IMG/VR virus record: IMGVR_UViG_3300025617_000015
Location: 7,197 to 71,196 of that record
Direction: 5' to 3' (one strand)
Length of the DNA stretch: 64,000 nt
Origin: a virus
Of this stretch, positions 9,069-20,600 are shown in pieces (position 1 is the first letter of the stretch; every line of letters starts with the position of its first letter). The translations under genes were made by a program, and so were the position numbers. The notes under the pieces are model-generated. The model had not been told where the DNA came from, searched no databases, and saw only the letters and a program-made list of their open reading frames with translations.

Positions 9069-12000
9069 ATGGCAGAATTTAAGATAAGCACACTTAGGTA
9101 TACGTGGAAAGGCAACTGGGAAACAAGTACCGATTATATTAAAGACGATGTTGTAAGGTATGGCGGATCAAGTTGGATCTGTATTAGAAAACATACTTCT
9201 TCAGCATTTAATGAAGATTATACATATGTTCCACCTGGTGAAGATATTTCACAACCTGCATGGGAGAAGATGACAAATGGCTATGCATGGAAAGGCGAGT
9301 GGACGACTGCTACGTTGTTTGAGCCGGGCGATATTGTCGCACAAGGCGGAAATTTATATCTCTGTGTAGGATCTCATACTTCTGATACATTCTTTGATAC
9401 TGATATTGCAGAATGGATTGTTTACGCTTCTGCTAGTGAATGGACTTATAACTGGCAAAGTTCTACAAGATACGGTGTTGGTGATCTAGTTAAATGGGGA
9501 AGTAACATTTATCGTTGTGTCCAAGGTCATACTTCAAACGATACTGCTCTTGAAGCCGACATTGCTAATTGGTCTACATATCTTTTAGTAAAAGATTACG
9601 CAGGCGAGTGGGCAACTGGTGCTGTTTACAAAGTAAATGATATTGTTAAGTATAGTGGTACACTTTTAACTTGTATAACTGGACATAGTGCAGGATTGTA
9701 TATTAATATTGATAACTTTGCAGTCGAAATTCCTGGTAATAAAGTAAGAGGTGACTGGGTACATGAAGACACGTATTATGCAGTAGGTGACGTTGTCCAA
9801 CATGGCGGATACATTTATCAAGCAACACGAAATTCTATTAGTGCAAACCCGAGCGATTCGATTTATCAACCTACTGATCCTGCCTGGGCAATTGTACACA
9901 AAGGTACTAAATTAATCGGACAATGGTCACCGGACGGATCGTATAAAACTGGCGATGTAGTACAACGTGGTGGCTACACATATGTAGCACTGTTAGATAC
10001 TACCGATGACGGCAGTTCATTAGATTACTTAGATGCTACTAACTGGGAAATTCTTGTACCAACACAGTCTTGGAAATCAAACTGGACTGTTGGCGTTAGG
10101 TATTCATTAGGCGATGTTGTAACTTACAGAGGCACAGCATATAAATGTATTATTGAACACATTGCAATAGAAGAAAGTTTTCCTGGAGATAACGGCAACG
10201 GCTTTGATTACTTCGAAGTTTTACTAGAAGGTACTGATAAGTCGGGATTAGTTGGACCGGGTGATTTATTAACATTTGGACTTTCTAGATCGTTTGCAGG
10301 AGACGGGTCAACATTCGGAGAAACAAATATACCGATCGGAACCGAAGAAACTTTACTACAAGTAGATGCTGGAGATACATTTAAATATTCTACATACGGC
10401 GCATCAGCAAGATTTATCTATGTAAATTCCAATAGTGGAGTTGACAGTGCTGTTGACAACAGAGGCATAGATCCGTTTAAACCATACAAGTCGATTAGAT
10501 TTGCATGCGATCAAGTAGAAAATGACGGATTTGAAGGTAACACTACAATACAAGTAGCAACAGGTGTATACGAAGAAATTTTACCAATACGTATTCCGGC
10601 TAATGTTGCAGTTCAAGGTGACGAATTAAGAAGCACAACAATTAAACCAAGGCCTGCAATAACCGCACTAGAAGGTGATATTCAATATCGACCAACAGCA
10701 TTGAGTTATTTGCGTACAGTTATTAACAAAGTTATTTTAAACCAAGCGCACACTAGACTTGAAGGAAACACTCAACCACAAGTATTTCTCGTTGATGAAG
10801 TTATTACTGGTCAAGATCCATTTGGAAATGATGTTATTGAAAATATTCCAGTATTTGGCGATCAGACTGGAGTAGATATTGTAAATGACGCACTTGCCGA
10901 TTATACACAATACATTAACTTCTATGTAGGAGGGTCTGGGCTAGCACCGACAGTATCTGGAACTAATAATTCTTCAACTGACGAGTTCATTGTTGGAGCA
11001 GGAAGAGCAATTATAGCAAATAAAGATTTTCTAGCAGAAGAATATGTTGCATATATTAGACTAAACTATCCTGATTACGAACTAGATGTTGAGATTGCAA
11101 AAGATCATATTGTTAGATTGACAGGTGCATTAGACTATGATTTAAAGAGAACTGGCAATTATCAAACTCTTAGAGAAGCAGAATTTTATACCAACTCAGT
11201 TAACGGCAGTTCTTTAAAAGATATGTTCTATTTAAGAAATTCAACAGGTTTAAGAAACTGTACATTAACAGGCTTAACTGGAACATTAAACCCGTCGAAC
11301 GTTTTTGAAGAATATCAAAGACCGACCGGCGGCGCATATTGTTCACTTGATCCGGGCTGGGGCCCAGACGATCAGCGAACATGGATTCTTACACGATCAC
11401 CTTATATTCAAAACGTATCTACGTTTGGTGAGAATTGTGTTGGACAAAAAATTGATGGATCGTTACACGCAGGCGGCAACAAATCATTCACATCAAACGA
11501 CTTTACACAATTGATTAGTGATGGCATTGGTGCATGGGTATTAAATAACGGTAGAGCTGAACTTGTATCAGTGTTTACATATTATGCTCAGGTTGGCTAC
11601 CTTGCTGAAAGCGGAGGAATCATCCGAGGAGCAAACGGAAACTGCTCATACGGATTTATCGGCGCACTAGCAGACGGAACAGATCCATCTGAAACTCCGA
11701 TCACTGCAACAGTTAATACAAGATTAGAACAAGCTAGTATAGACAATGCATTTGCTGGTGAAGTAAATGACGAAATCCTAGCACTTGAATTTAAAAATGC
11801 TGGTCAAGATTATACTTCAGCGAACTACACATTTATTGGTTCAGGAACACAAGTAGATGTTGTACAAGAAGATTTTCGATATGACGCAATTTTTGATCCT
11901 AGAATTGTTACTGGCGCAGGCTCGCAAACTGCTGGCGGTGGCGGGTACACATTAATCGGAAACCAAGCACAAACAGGGGATACAACAAGTATCACACTTG

Positions 12001-14615
12001 CGGCAAACGATGAAAACGCAGAATCAAACTTATTAGGTTTAAGAATCTTTATTACATCAGGTGAAGGCACTGGACAGTACGGTTATGTGACTGCATATAA
12101 TCCAACAACAAAAGTACTAGATGTTGCTAAAGAATCAGACGATACACCAGGTTGGGATCATGTTATTCCTGGATACGAAATTAGAGGGTTATTAACAACA
12201 TCCTCAACTTATAGATTTGAACCAAGAGTAATTGTTTCAGATCCGCCTTATGATGCTTTTGACACAAATTTAGACGCCGGAACAGTTTATACTGATATTA
12301 CATTCGGCGAAACATCAGGACAGTTTAATAATATTACAGGCTCTGAAGGTTCTGGAGATGTTGTTCGAGATGATGGCCTAGTACCAGTTGCCGCTACTTG
12401 GGATATTACTAAAGACGGTAGCATATATGCAGTTTCAATAAGAAACCCAGGAGCAGGATATAACGTCGGTGACGAAGTTGTAATTAGTGGTGAAGATCTT
12501 GGAGGAGAAACTCCGGCTAATGATCTAACAATTACTGTTACTGAAACATCAGACGATAGTACTGATATTATTACAGCATTTACATCAAGCGGAAATGCAG
12601 GTTCAGGAAGATATGTAGCAGTATCGAATATTGGGACTACTGTTAATTACTCACCCGATGGGATAACATGGTCAACTGGAGCATTACCGAGCAGTGATGA
12701 TTGGATTGCTGTAACTGCCGGTAGAGGTGAAGGATCAGACGAACATCGATTTGTTACAGTTAAAGCAAATAGTAATATTGTTGCATGGTCTAGAAACGGT
12801 AATGATTGGTTTCAAAGAACTGTGCCGGTGAGTGCAAATTGGTCAAGCATAACATTTGGCAAAGGCATTTATGTTGCTGTTGCTAAAGACGGAAATTATG
12901 CTATGATTAGTGATAATGGAATTAATTGGACTATGCAAAACATTCCAGATAGTCCGTTTGATGATTCAACTGTTAACGTCTGGGAAGATGTTACTTTTGG
13001 TAAAGATAAATTTGTAGCAGTCTCGTCAAGCAATAACTTGGCAGCCGTCGGCGAATACGTAGGTGGTACACTAACATGGACTACATTTATTATGGATGCC
13101 ACAAGTGATTCGTCACTGAAAGACTGGAACAGTGTAGCATACGCTAATAATAGATTTGTTGCAATTGAACCAACAGGCAGAATTGCATATAGTTATGACG
13201 GCGAAGGATGGTTCGGAGCTGATTTACCATCACCGGACGGCAGTTCATTCCTTAACTGGAATAGAATCAGATCAGGCAATGGATTATTCCTAGCAACAGC
13301 TGATGCAGGAGATTTGCCAGCAATTGGAGCTGATCCTATTGTTGACAGTGCAATCAATTATGTTTATCAGTCACAAGATGGTATCAAATGGGTACAGAAA
13401 ATAGTACCTACTGAATCAAAATACGATGCATTAGTATGCGGGTTCCCTGCATTAGACAGTAACGATCCTGATAATAAAACCGGACAATGGATTGTGCTTT
13501 CACAGAATATTACAACAGTAGCCCAAAGAATTCTAACTGGTGCAACTGCATTTATGAGAGCAAAGATCGGAGCAGGACAAATATCACAATTGAATATTTT
13601 CGATCCTGGAAGTGGTTACAGAACAAATCCAACTTACACTATTGTTGATCCGAATAATACAGGCGATGCAGTGTTTGATACAAGCAGAATTGCTGATAGA
13701 GTTTTAGGTCAGCCAAGCTGGCTTAACAGAGGTGTTGGTTATAAAACATCAACAACTAGCGTATCAATTCTAGGAGACGGTTTTGCCGATGTTGTTCCGG
13801 TAGGTAAATTCTTAAACGTGTCAAACATGCCACAGTTAATTGGTCCGGGCGCACAGCTAAGACTAGCTAATAATGATACACTGTATACTGTAGTTGTTGT
13901 TGAAAGAGAAAGTACTGAAAACGATGGTTCGTTTACGTTTAACTTCCGTGTATCGCCTGAATTAGAAATTGAAGACGATGTGTTCAACGGACAAGTCGTT
14001 ACAATCAACACTCGATACAGTCAGGTACGTATCTCAGGACATGACTTCCTAGATATCGGAACAGGCGGATTTAGAGATACTAACTATCCTAACTTGTATA
14101 CAGGGAATTATTTAAGATATCCAGAAAACGAAGTTATTGAAAAAAATGGCGGGCGAGTGTTCTACACAAGTACTGACCAATCTGGTAACTTCCGATGCGG
14201 AGAACTGTTCAGTGTTGAACAGGCAACAGGAATTGTGACTATTAGTGCTGACTTCTTTGACTTGGGTGGTTTGACAGAACTTGCCCTTGGAGGTATTAGA
14301 GTAGGCGGCACAGGAACGGTTATTAGAGAATTTTCAACAGACCCTCTGTTTATTGAAGATTCAAATAATATTATTCCAACACAACGTGCTATTAGAAATT
14401 ATCTGAGTAACAGATTAAACATTGGTGGCGCTGACTTGCTTACAGCAAGTTTTATTGCTGGTACGGTTAAAGTAGGACCGAATCAGATTGCTAACACAGC
14501 AGGGTTAGGGGTTAACTTTGCTAAAGTTGCTGACTTTAAAGGACCACTGGCAGGGGTTAAAGGTGCTATGCTAGCACAAAATTACTTCTTCAGATCTTTT
14601 AGAGACAGGGATTGA
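9069..14615 (+). CDS. giant virion structural/fibre protein with CBM5/12-like W/Y repeats, a beta-helix region and Asp-box propeller
   Basis: About 7 N-terminal repeats W-x4-Y-x2-(G)DVV-x-YGG-x2-Y-x-C. Asp-box motifs SPDGITW, SRNGNDW, SDNGINW, SYDGEGW and SQDGIKW. C-terminal RYSQVRISGHDFLDIGTG shared with 14658. Confidence 0.75.
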   Translation: MAEFKISTLRYTWKGNWETSTDYIKDDVVRYGGSSWICIRKHTSSAFNEDYTYVPPGEDISQPAWEKMTNGYAWKGEWTTATLFEPGDIVAQGGNLYLCVGSHTSDTFFDTDIAEWIVYASASEWTYNWQSSTRYGVGDLVKWGSNIYRCVQGHTSNDTALEADIANWSTYLLVKDYAGEWATGAVYKVNDIVKYSGTLLTCITGHSAGLYINIDNFAVEIPGNKVRGDWVHEDTYYAVGDVVQHGGYIYQATRNSISANPSDSIYQPTDPAWAIVHKGTKLIGQWSPDGSYKTGDVVQRGGYTYVALLDTTDDGSSLDYLDATNWEILVPTQSWKSNWTVGVRYSLGDVVTYRGTAYKCIIEHIAIEESFPGDNGNGFDYFEVLLEGTDKSGLVGPGDLLTFGLSRSFAGDGSTFGETNIPIGTEETLLQVDAGDTFKYSTYGASARFIYVNSNSGVDSAVDNRGIDPFKPYKSIRFACDQVENDGFEGNTTIQVATGVYEEILPIRIPANVAVQGDELRSTTIKPRPAITALEGDIQYRPTALSYLRTVINKVILNQAHTRLEGNTQPQVFLVDEVITGQDPFGNDVIENIPVFGDQTGVDIVNDALADYTQYINFYVGGSGLAPTVSGTNNSSTDEFIVGAGRAIIANKDFLAEEYVAYIRLNYPDYELDVEIAKDHIVRLTGALDYDLKRTGNYQTLREAEFYTNSVNGSSLKDMFYLRNSTGLRNCTLTGLTGTLNPSNVFEEYQRPTGGAYCSLDPGWGPDDQRTWILTRSPYIQNVSTFGENCVGQKIDGSLHAGGNKSFTSNDFTQLISDGIGAWVLNNGRAELVSVFTYYAQVGYLAESGGIIRGANGNCSYGFIGALADGTDPSETPITATVNTRLEQASIDNAFAGEVNDEILALEFKNAGQDYTSANYTFIGSGTQVDVVQEDFRYDAIFDPRIVTGAGSQTAGGGGYTLIGNQAQTGDTTSITLAANDENAESNLLGLRIFITSGEGTGQYGYVTAYNPTTKVLDVAKESDDTPGWDHVIPGYEIRGLLTTSSTYRFEPRVIVSDPPYDAFDTNLDAGTVYTDITFGETSGQFNNITGSEGSGDVVRDDGLVPVAATWDITKDGSIYAVSIRNPGAGYNVGDEVVISGEDLGGETPANDLTITVTETSDDSTDIITAFTSSGNAGSGRYVAVSNIGTTVNYSPDGITWSTGALPSSDDWIAVTAGRGEGSDEHRFVTVKANSNIVAWSRNGNDWFQRTVPVSANWSSITFGKGIYVAVAKDGNYAMISDNGINWTMQNIPDSPFDDSTVNVWEDVTFGKDKFVAVSSSNNLAAVGEYVGGTLTWTTFIMDATSDSSLKDWNSVAYANNRFVAIEPTGRIAYSYDGEGWFGADLPSPDGSSFLNWNRIRSGNGLFLATADAGDLPAIGADPIVDSAINYVYQSQDGIKWVQKIVPTESKYDALVCGFPALDSNDPDNKTGQWIVLSQNITTVAQRILTGATAFMRAKIGAGQISQLNIFDPGSGYRTNPTYTIVDPNNTGDAVFDTSRIADRVLGQPSWLNRGVGYKTSTTSVSILGDGFADVVPVGKFLNVSNMPQLIGPGAQLRLANNDTLYTVVVVERESTENDGSFTFNFRVSPELEIEDDVFNGQVVTINTRYSQVRISGHDFLDIGTGGFRDTNYPNLYTGNYLRYPENEVIEKNGGRVFYTSTDQSGNFRCGELFSVEQATGIVTISADFFDLGGLTELALGGIRVGGTGTVIREFSTDPLFIEDSNNIIPTQRAIRNYLSNRLNIGGADLLTASFIAGTVKVGPNQIANTAGLGVNFAKVADFKGPLAGVKGAMLAQNYFFRSFRDRD

Positions 14616-14624
14616 AAATTAAAA

Positions 14625-14630
14625 TAAATA
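14625..14630 (+). promoter_or_regulatory. late promoter-like box TAAATA
   Basis: aaTAAATAc upstream of the GGAG RBS of 14658. Confidence 0.6.
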
Positions 14631-14657
14631 CATTATATTGCTAGCTTGGAGTAGAGA

Positions 14658-17600
14658 ATGGCAGAGTTTAAACTAGGTAGAATCAAATTTGTGTGGAAGG
14701 GTAATTGGACCCAATCCACTACATACTATAAAGATGACGTTGTGCAATTTGGAGGTAAAACTTTTATTTGTGCTGTAGGACATACAGCTGATACAAGTTT
14801 TTATACAGACCTCGATATTGTTCCTTCTAAATGGAATCAAATGACCGATGGTCAGGCGTGGGAAGGCAATTGGACAATTTCAACACTTTATAAAGTGAAT
14901 GACGTTGTTAAATATGGCGGCACACTTTATATTTGTAACGAGTCACATACATCAGCTGGTACAACCACATTAGGACTTGAAGATGATCAAGGCAAATGGG
15001 ATACCTATGTAGAAGGATTTGACTGGAAAAGTAACTGGACAATTGCAACACGTTATAAAGTGAATGACGTTGTTAAGTATGGTGGACAAACATATGTTGC
15101 AAACACCGGACACACATCAGCTGGCACAACTGCTGATGGACTAGAACTTGATCAAGCCAAATGGGACTACTTAAATAAAGGCACTGAATATAAAGGTGCA
15201 TGGGCAACTGCAACACGTTATAAAGTAAACGATGTTATTAAGTATGGTCCAAACCTTTATGTTTCAAACACTGCACATACTTCAGATGCTACAGATTTTG
15301 CTACTGATATTGCTAACTGGGATCAGTTTGTTGAAGGCTTTGCTTATGAAAATACATGGAGCAACGCAACAACTTATCAACCAGGCGATGTTGTTAAGTA
15401 TGGTGGTAATCATTATGTCTCAACCTCAATTCATGCAGGTACTACTCCTACCGCAGTTGGGCAAAGTGATTGGTCTCTATTTTCTAGAAACTTTGATTAT
15501 ATCGGCAACTGGGCAATTGACACAGGTTATAAAATTGGCGAAGTTGTTACTGTTGGATCATATACATATGTTGCAACTGCCGATTCACCAACTACAGCAA
15601 TTACTGTTACAGCATCAGACAACGGTTCATCTCAAATAACCGCCGCAGATACTACTGGAATGGTTGCCGGAATGGCAATTCAATTTAGTGGAACATCTTT
15701 TGGTAATATTAATGTAGGTTATACATACTTTGTTAAAACTGTTGATAGTTCAACTACATTTACTATTAGTACAACACAAGGAGGATCAACGTTTAGCGTA
15801 GATACTGATACAGGATCTATGACAGCAGATGTCTCAGCTCATCCTACAAACACTAATTACTTTAGCACTTTAAACGAAGGCTTTAGAAATAGAGGTGACT
15901 GGAACGATGATGTTGAGTATGAAATTGGTGACGTTGTAAAATTTGGCGACAACACATATGTATCAATTGCTAAACACCGTTCGGAAGGCGACGACGGATC
16001 TACAGTAGGCGAACTAGGCGGCGGTGGCGACAACAGTCGTCCAGATCAAGATGCTTCAGGTGCTTATTGGAATCAGTTAATGACTGGCAGCGAAACCAGT
16101 ATTTTAACTACATCTGGAGATTTAGTTTATTACGGCGGTGCAGGACCAACAAGACTTCCGATTGGAGTTGAAGGCCAAGTATTGATGGCGGGTCAAAACT
16201 ATCCTGAGTGGACATCACTCGGAGGCAGCGATCATGTTTATTATGTAGCGCCACACGGTAGAGACGAAGCGTTTCCAGTATTTGGTAAAACAGTTGATAA
16301 GCCATTTAAAACAATTAGATATGCATGTGAAGCAGTTTTAAAAGGACCATTAAATCCAAATGCAAATAAACTTTTAGAATTAAACCGTGCGTTTATCCAG
16401 AGAGAAACAACTGAATGGATCGATTATCAAGTAGCTAATGCTGGCGGCTCTGGCATTTGGGATAGTTTTGATTACGATGAAAGTAAATGCGAAAGAGATA
16501 CAGGATTTATTGTTGACGCACTGATACATGACATTGGACACGGCGGAAACGTTAGATCCCGAGGCGCGGCTAACACCTATGTTGGAGGCTTGTTTGAAGA
16601 TGAACAAGAATCATATGGACGTTTAGCACAAGAGTCTGCACAGTCAGTTGAGGCTTTTGCTTATACATTGAGTGTTATACAAAATGTCTTAAATCAAACA
16701 GACCCGAGTGTTAACTATCAGGTAACAAACGGCGATAACTCAACTGCAATTGTTACTCAATACAAAGATGCAACAATTAATGCTGAAAGCGGAACATACG
16801 ATAAATGTGCTGACTTGATGACAATCATTAGTAATGCAGTTGAAGATGGAGATACAACACGTATTCCAGCTAGAGTACAACCGAATAACTTGATTATTAT
16901 CAAAACTGGTGCGTATGAAGAAGTACTTCCGATTATTGTACCAGAAAATACTTGTGTAATTGGCGACGAAGTACGCTCAACTAAAGTAAATGCCGCTGGA
17001 TCTAAAACAGATAAAACAGATGCTAAGTTTAGTATTGATACTTTTGCTCACTTAGAAGATGTAATTTCAGATGTTATTGCTGGAGCTACAGTTACACCTA
17101 GTGCTAGTAATGCTGAAACGCAAGACATAGCTGTTCCGTTTGCTGATACTGTTGAACAAACAGATATTACACGACTCATCCGAGGCTTAACCCATGATAT
17201 GGACTTTAGATTAGGAACAAAACATAAAGGTAATATTCCTGATCCGACTGGCTATAATACATCTTACTTAGTAGGTTATGGCGATGCAAGAAAGCTAGTT
17301 AAAGAAAACAAAGATTTCTTTATTAAAGAAACAACAGCGTATATTACTGCAAATTATCCAAATCTCAAGTACAGCAAAACTAAATGCGAGCAAGATGTTG
17401 GTTACATTGTAGATGCACTAATTTACGATCTAACATACGGCGGAAAAGACCAAACTATTAAAGCAGGACTTGCATACTTTGACGGACGCAACGGTGCAAA
17501 TTCAATTAGTGCCGCAGAATTAGTTGCAACTACAGATGCATATACTAATTTAAAGAGTATGATTTCAACAGTTGCTCAAGCAAATGCATGGACGGCATTA

Positions 17601-20600
17601 CAATCAGCGGTAACAGTGTTTACTGATACGGCTGGCTCAGCGGCGTCAATAACACATTTAGACGAATGTTTGGATATTATTATTGCTACAGTACAGGATG
17701 CAAATGATACTCCAAATGCAATTGTATCTGATATTGCATCTAATGTTGCTACTACAACAGTCGCACACGGAATGGCAGTTGGTGATAAATTTGTTCCGAG
17801 ATCAACAGCTAATGGCTTTGTTCTTAACAGAATATACTATGTTAAAACTGTTCCAAATCCAGATGAGTTTACAGTTTCTGAAACTTTTGACGGCTCAACA
17901 GTAACACTTACAAACGGTACTGGCTTAACAATTACAGGCGATATTGAATATCGTCCGGATTATTCATGGGCGTCAGCAAGTCAAATTACAGCATGGACTA
18001 CACTTAGTGCGGCGACTGAAACTATTATACAAGGTGTTGTAAATGAATTAGCTACGACTAATTGGCACACTGATTTTGTAGTTAGACCTGACAACATTAC
18101 ATCAACAGCATTTGAAATTTATGTTGGTACAACTGATCTTGTGCATACATATGTAAATGGCGGCACAGTAACAAAAGCTGATGGTACAGAACTTGATATC
18201 ACAAACTTTGTCTACAACGAATCTACAGGAATTGCAACAGTTACTACTGCAACTCACGGATTATTAGGCGGCGAGGTTGTTGATGTTGAAAATATTGTTG
18301 TAAGTTGTTTATCATCAGGCGGAACTCCGCAACAGTTTACATTCCCAAGTTCAACTAACACAGACGGTTCTGTAACAAAAGTAAAATATATTCAATCGAA
18401 ATGTTTGAGAGATACTAGAATTATTCTTAATTCAGTAGGATACGACATGATGTTTGCAGGAAACTACAACACATTAGTCTCAGCGTTATCGTATTTGAGA
18501 GCAACTGCAAAAGATGTATATGATAAAAATCAAAAAGAAACTACACTAAGTGCGTTTGCTTATGTTAAAACACAAGCAAAAGCTAATGTAGGTGGCAACG
18601 CAACTGCTCAGGCAAAGATTGAAGAAGTAATGACATTGCTTGACGATGTTGTTTATATTGGTTCAAACGAAGGTAGTAAAGCATCGTGTGCAACAGATGC
18701 AAGAAATGCGCATCATGCGGCACTACAGTTAGAACGAAACAGAGACTTTATTATTGCAGAAGCAACTGCTTATATTGCAGATACATTCTCAGACACAGTA
18801 ACAGCTACTAGTGCTACAGGCGACATTGTTACAATTAGCGATACTAGTTGGATGACTAGAGGAATGGCAATTGAGTTTGAAGGAACTATTGTTGGTGAAC
18901 CGAGCGGTCCGGCAAGTAATGACGGTATTGAAGCAGACACAGTTTACTATGTACAAAATATTGTAAGTTCAACAACATTTACAATTTCTGATACACGATA
19001 CGGTGCTGTTAGAACACTAACTACAGACACTGGATCAGCAACAGTTAAAATGAGTTATAACTCGGCACTTTGCGAACGTGACACAGGCACTGTTATTGAT
19101 GCATTGAAATTTGATATTAAATATCCTGGAAACTATAAAACACGTTATGCTTCAAGATATTATGCTAACGCTGTTATTGGATCACACGAAGAAGATATGT
19201 ATTACTTGCGCAACGGTACTGGTGTAAGAAATCAAACAGTTGATGGCTTGCGAGGAGACTTGTTACCAGAAAACGCATATGGAACTTCTAGAGTTTCAGC
19301 AGGCGCATATTGTTCACTTGATCCAGGTTGGGGTCCAGATGATTACTCTGCATGGATTACAGAACGTTCTCCATACGTACAGAACGTAGCAACGTTTGGT
19401 TATGCGGCAGTTGGACAAAAAATCGACGGTGCATTGCATGCAGGCGGTAATGATTCGATTGTATCAAACGACTTCACACAGTTGATCAGTGATGGTATTG
19501 GCGCATGGGTTACAAATAATGCTAGAGCAGAACTTGTTTCGGTGTTCTCATACTACTCACACATTGGTTACCTAGCAGAAAACGGCGGAAGAATCCGCGG
19601 TACTAACGGTAACAACTCATACGGTGATTGGGGATCGGTTGCAGAAGGTTTTGATGATACAGAAACTACTAATACTGCTATTGTTGATAACAAATTCCAG
19701 TTTGAAGCAACTGTAGAACAAGTATTTACAGATGCTGCCGAAGAAGTGTACGCATTTGAATTTGGTAATGCTGGACAAGATTACACAGAAGCAACATTCT
19801 TAGTATCAGGTGCAGGCACAGGTGCATCTGTAGAAGTAGATGACTTCCGTGATGGTGCAGTTAGCTATGTGTGGTTAGAAGACAACGTAGACGATAGTAC
19901 ATCTGCTCCTGAAGCGGCAGGAAACTTTGGAGGATTTGGTTATATTTCAAATTCAAACACTGCGCAGGCAGGTGATGCAACAAGTATTACACTGGCGGCA
20001 ACCGACGGTGAAACAAGTACTGCATACATTGGTATGAAAGTATACATTGACGGCGGTGCTGGCGTAGGACAATTTGGTATTATTGATACTTATAATGCAG
20101 GAACTAAGCGAGCAACAGTTACTAAAGAATCAACTGGGGCAGCTGGTTGGGATCATGTGCTTCCAGGTACTGCAATCGCAACACCAGATGCTTCTTCAAC
20201 ATACGCTGTAGAACCTAGAATTTCGTTTGCGTCACCTGGGTTTGATGCAGGTGTTACTGATACTATTAATACAACAGGCAACTGGAATAAAGTTAAGTTT
20301 GCATATACAAGTGCAACATACTTACCTTCGAGTTTTACATATGCTGGTAACGGTAGCGGAGCAAGTTTCCAAGTTATTAAAAACGGCGGCGCATACATTG
20401 CAAGCATTTTAACTGGTGGCGAAACTTACGAAAGACTGCAAACAATTACTATTGACGGTGCAGACTTAGGTGGTGCAACAACTACTAACGATTTAACTAT
20501 TACAATTACATCTGTTGATACTGATGGTGAAATTTTAGAATTTGATACCGAAGGTGATGCACTTGAAGGTAAATGGGTTGCTGTAAAAGATGCAAGTAAT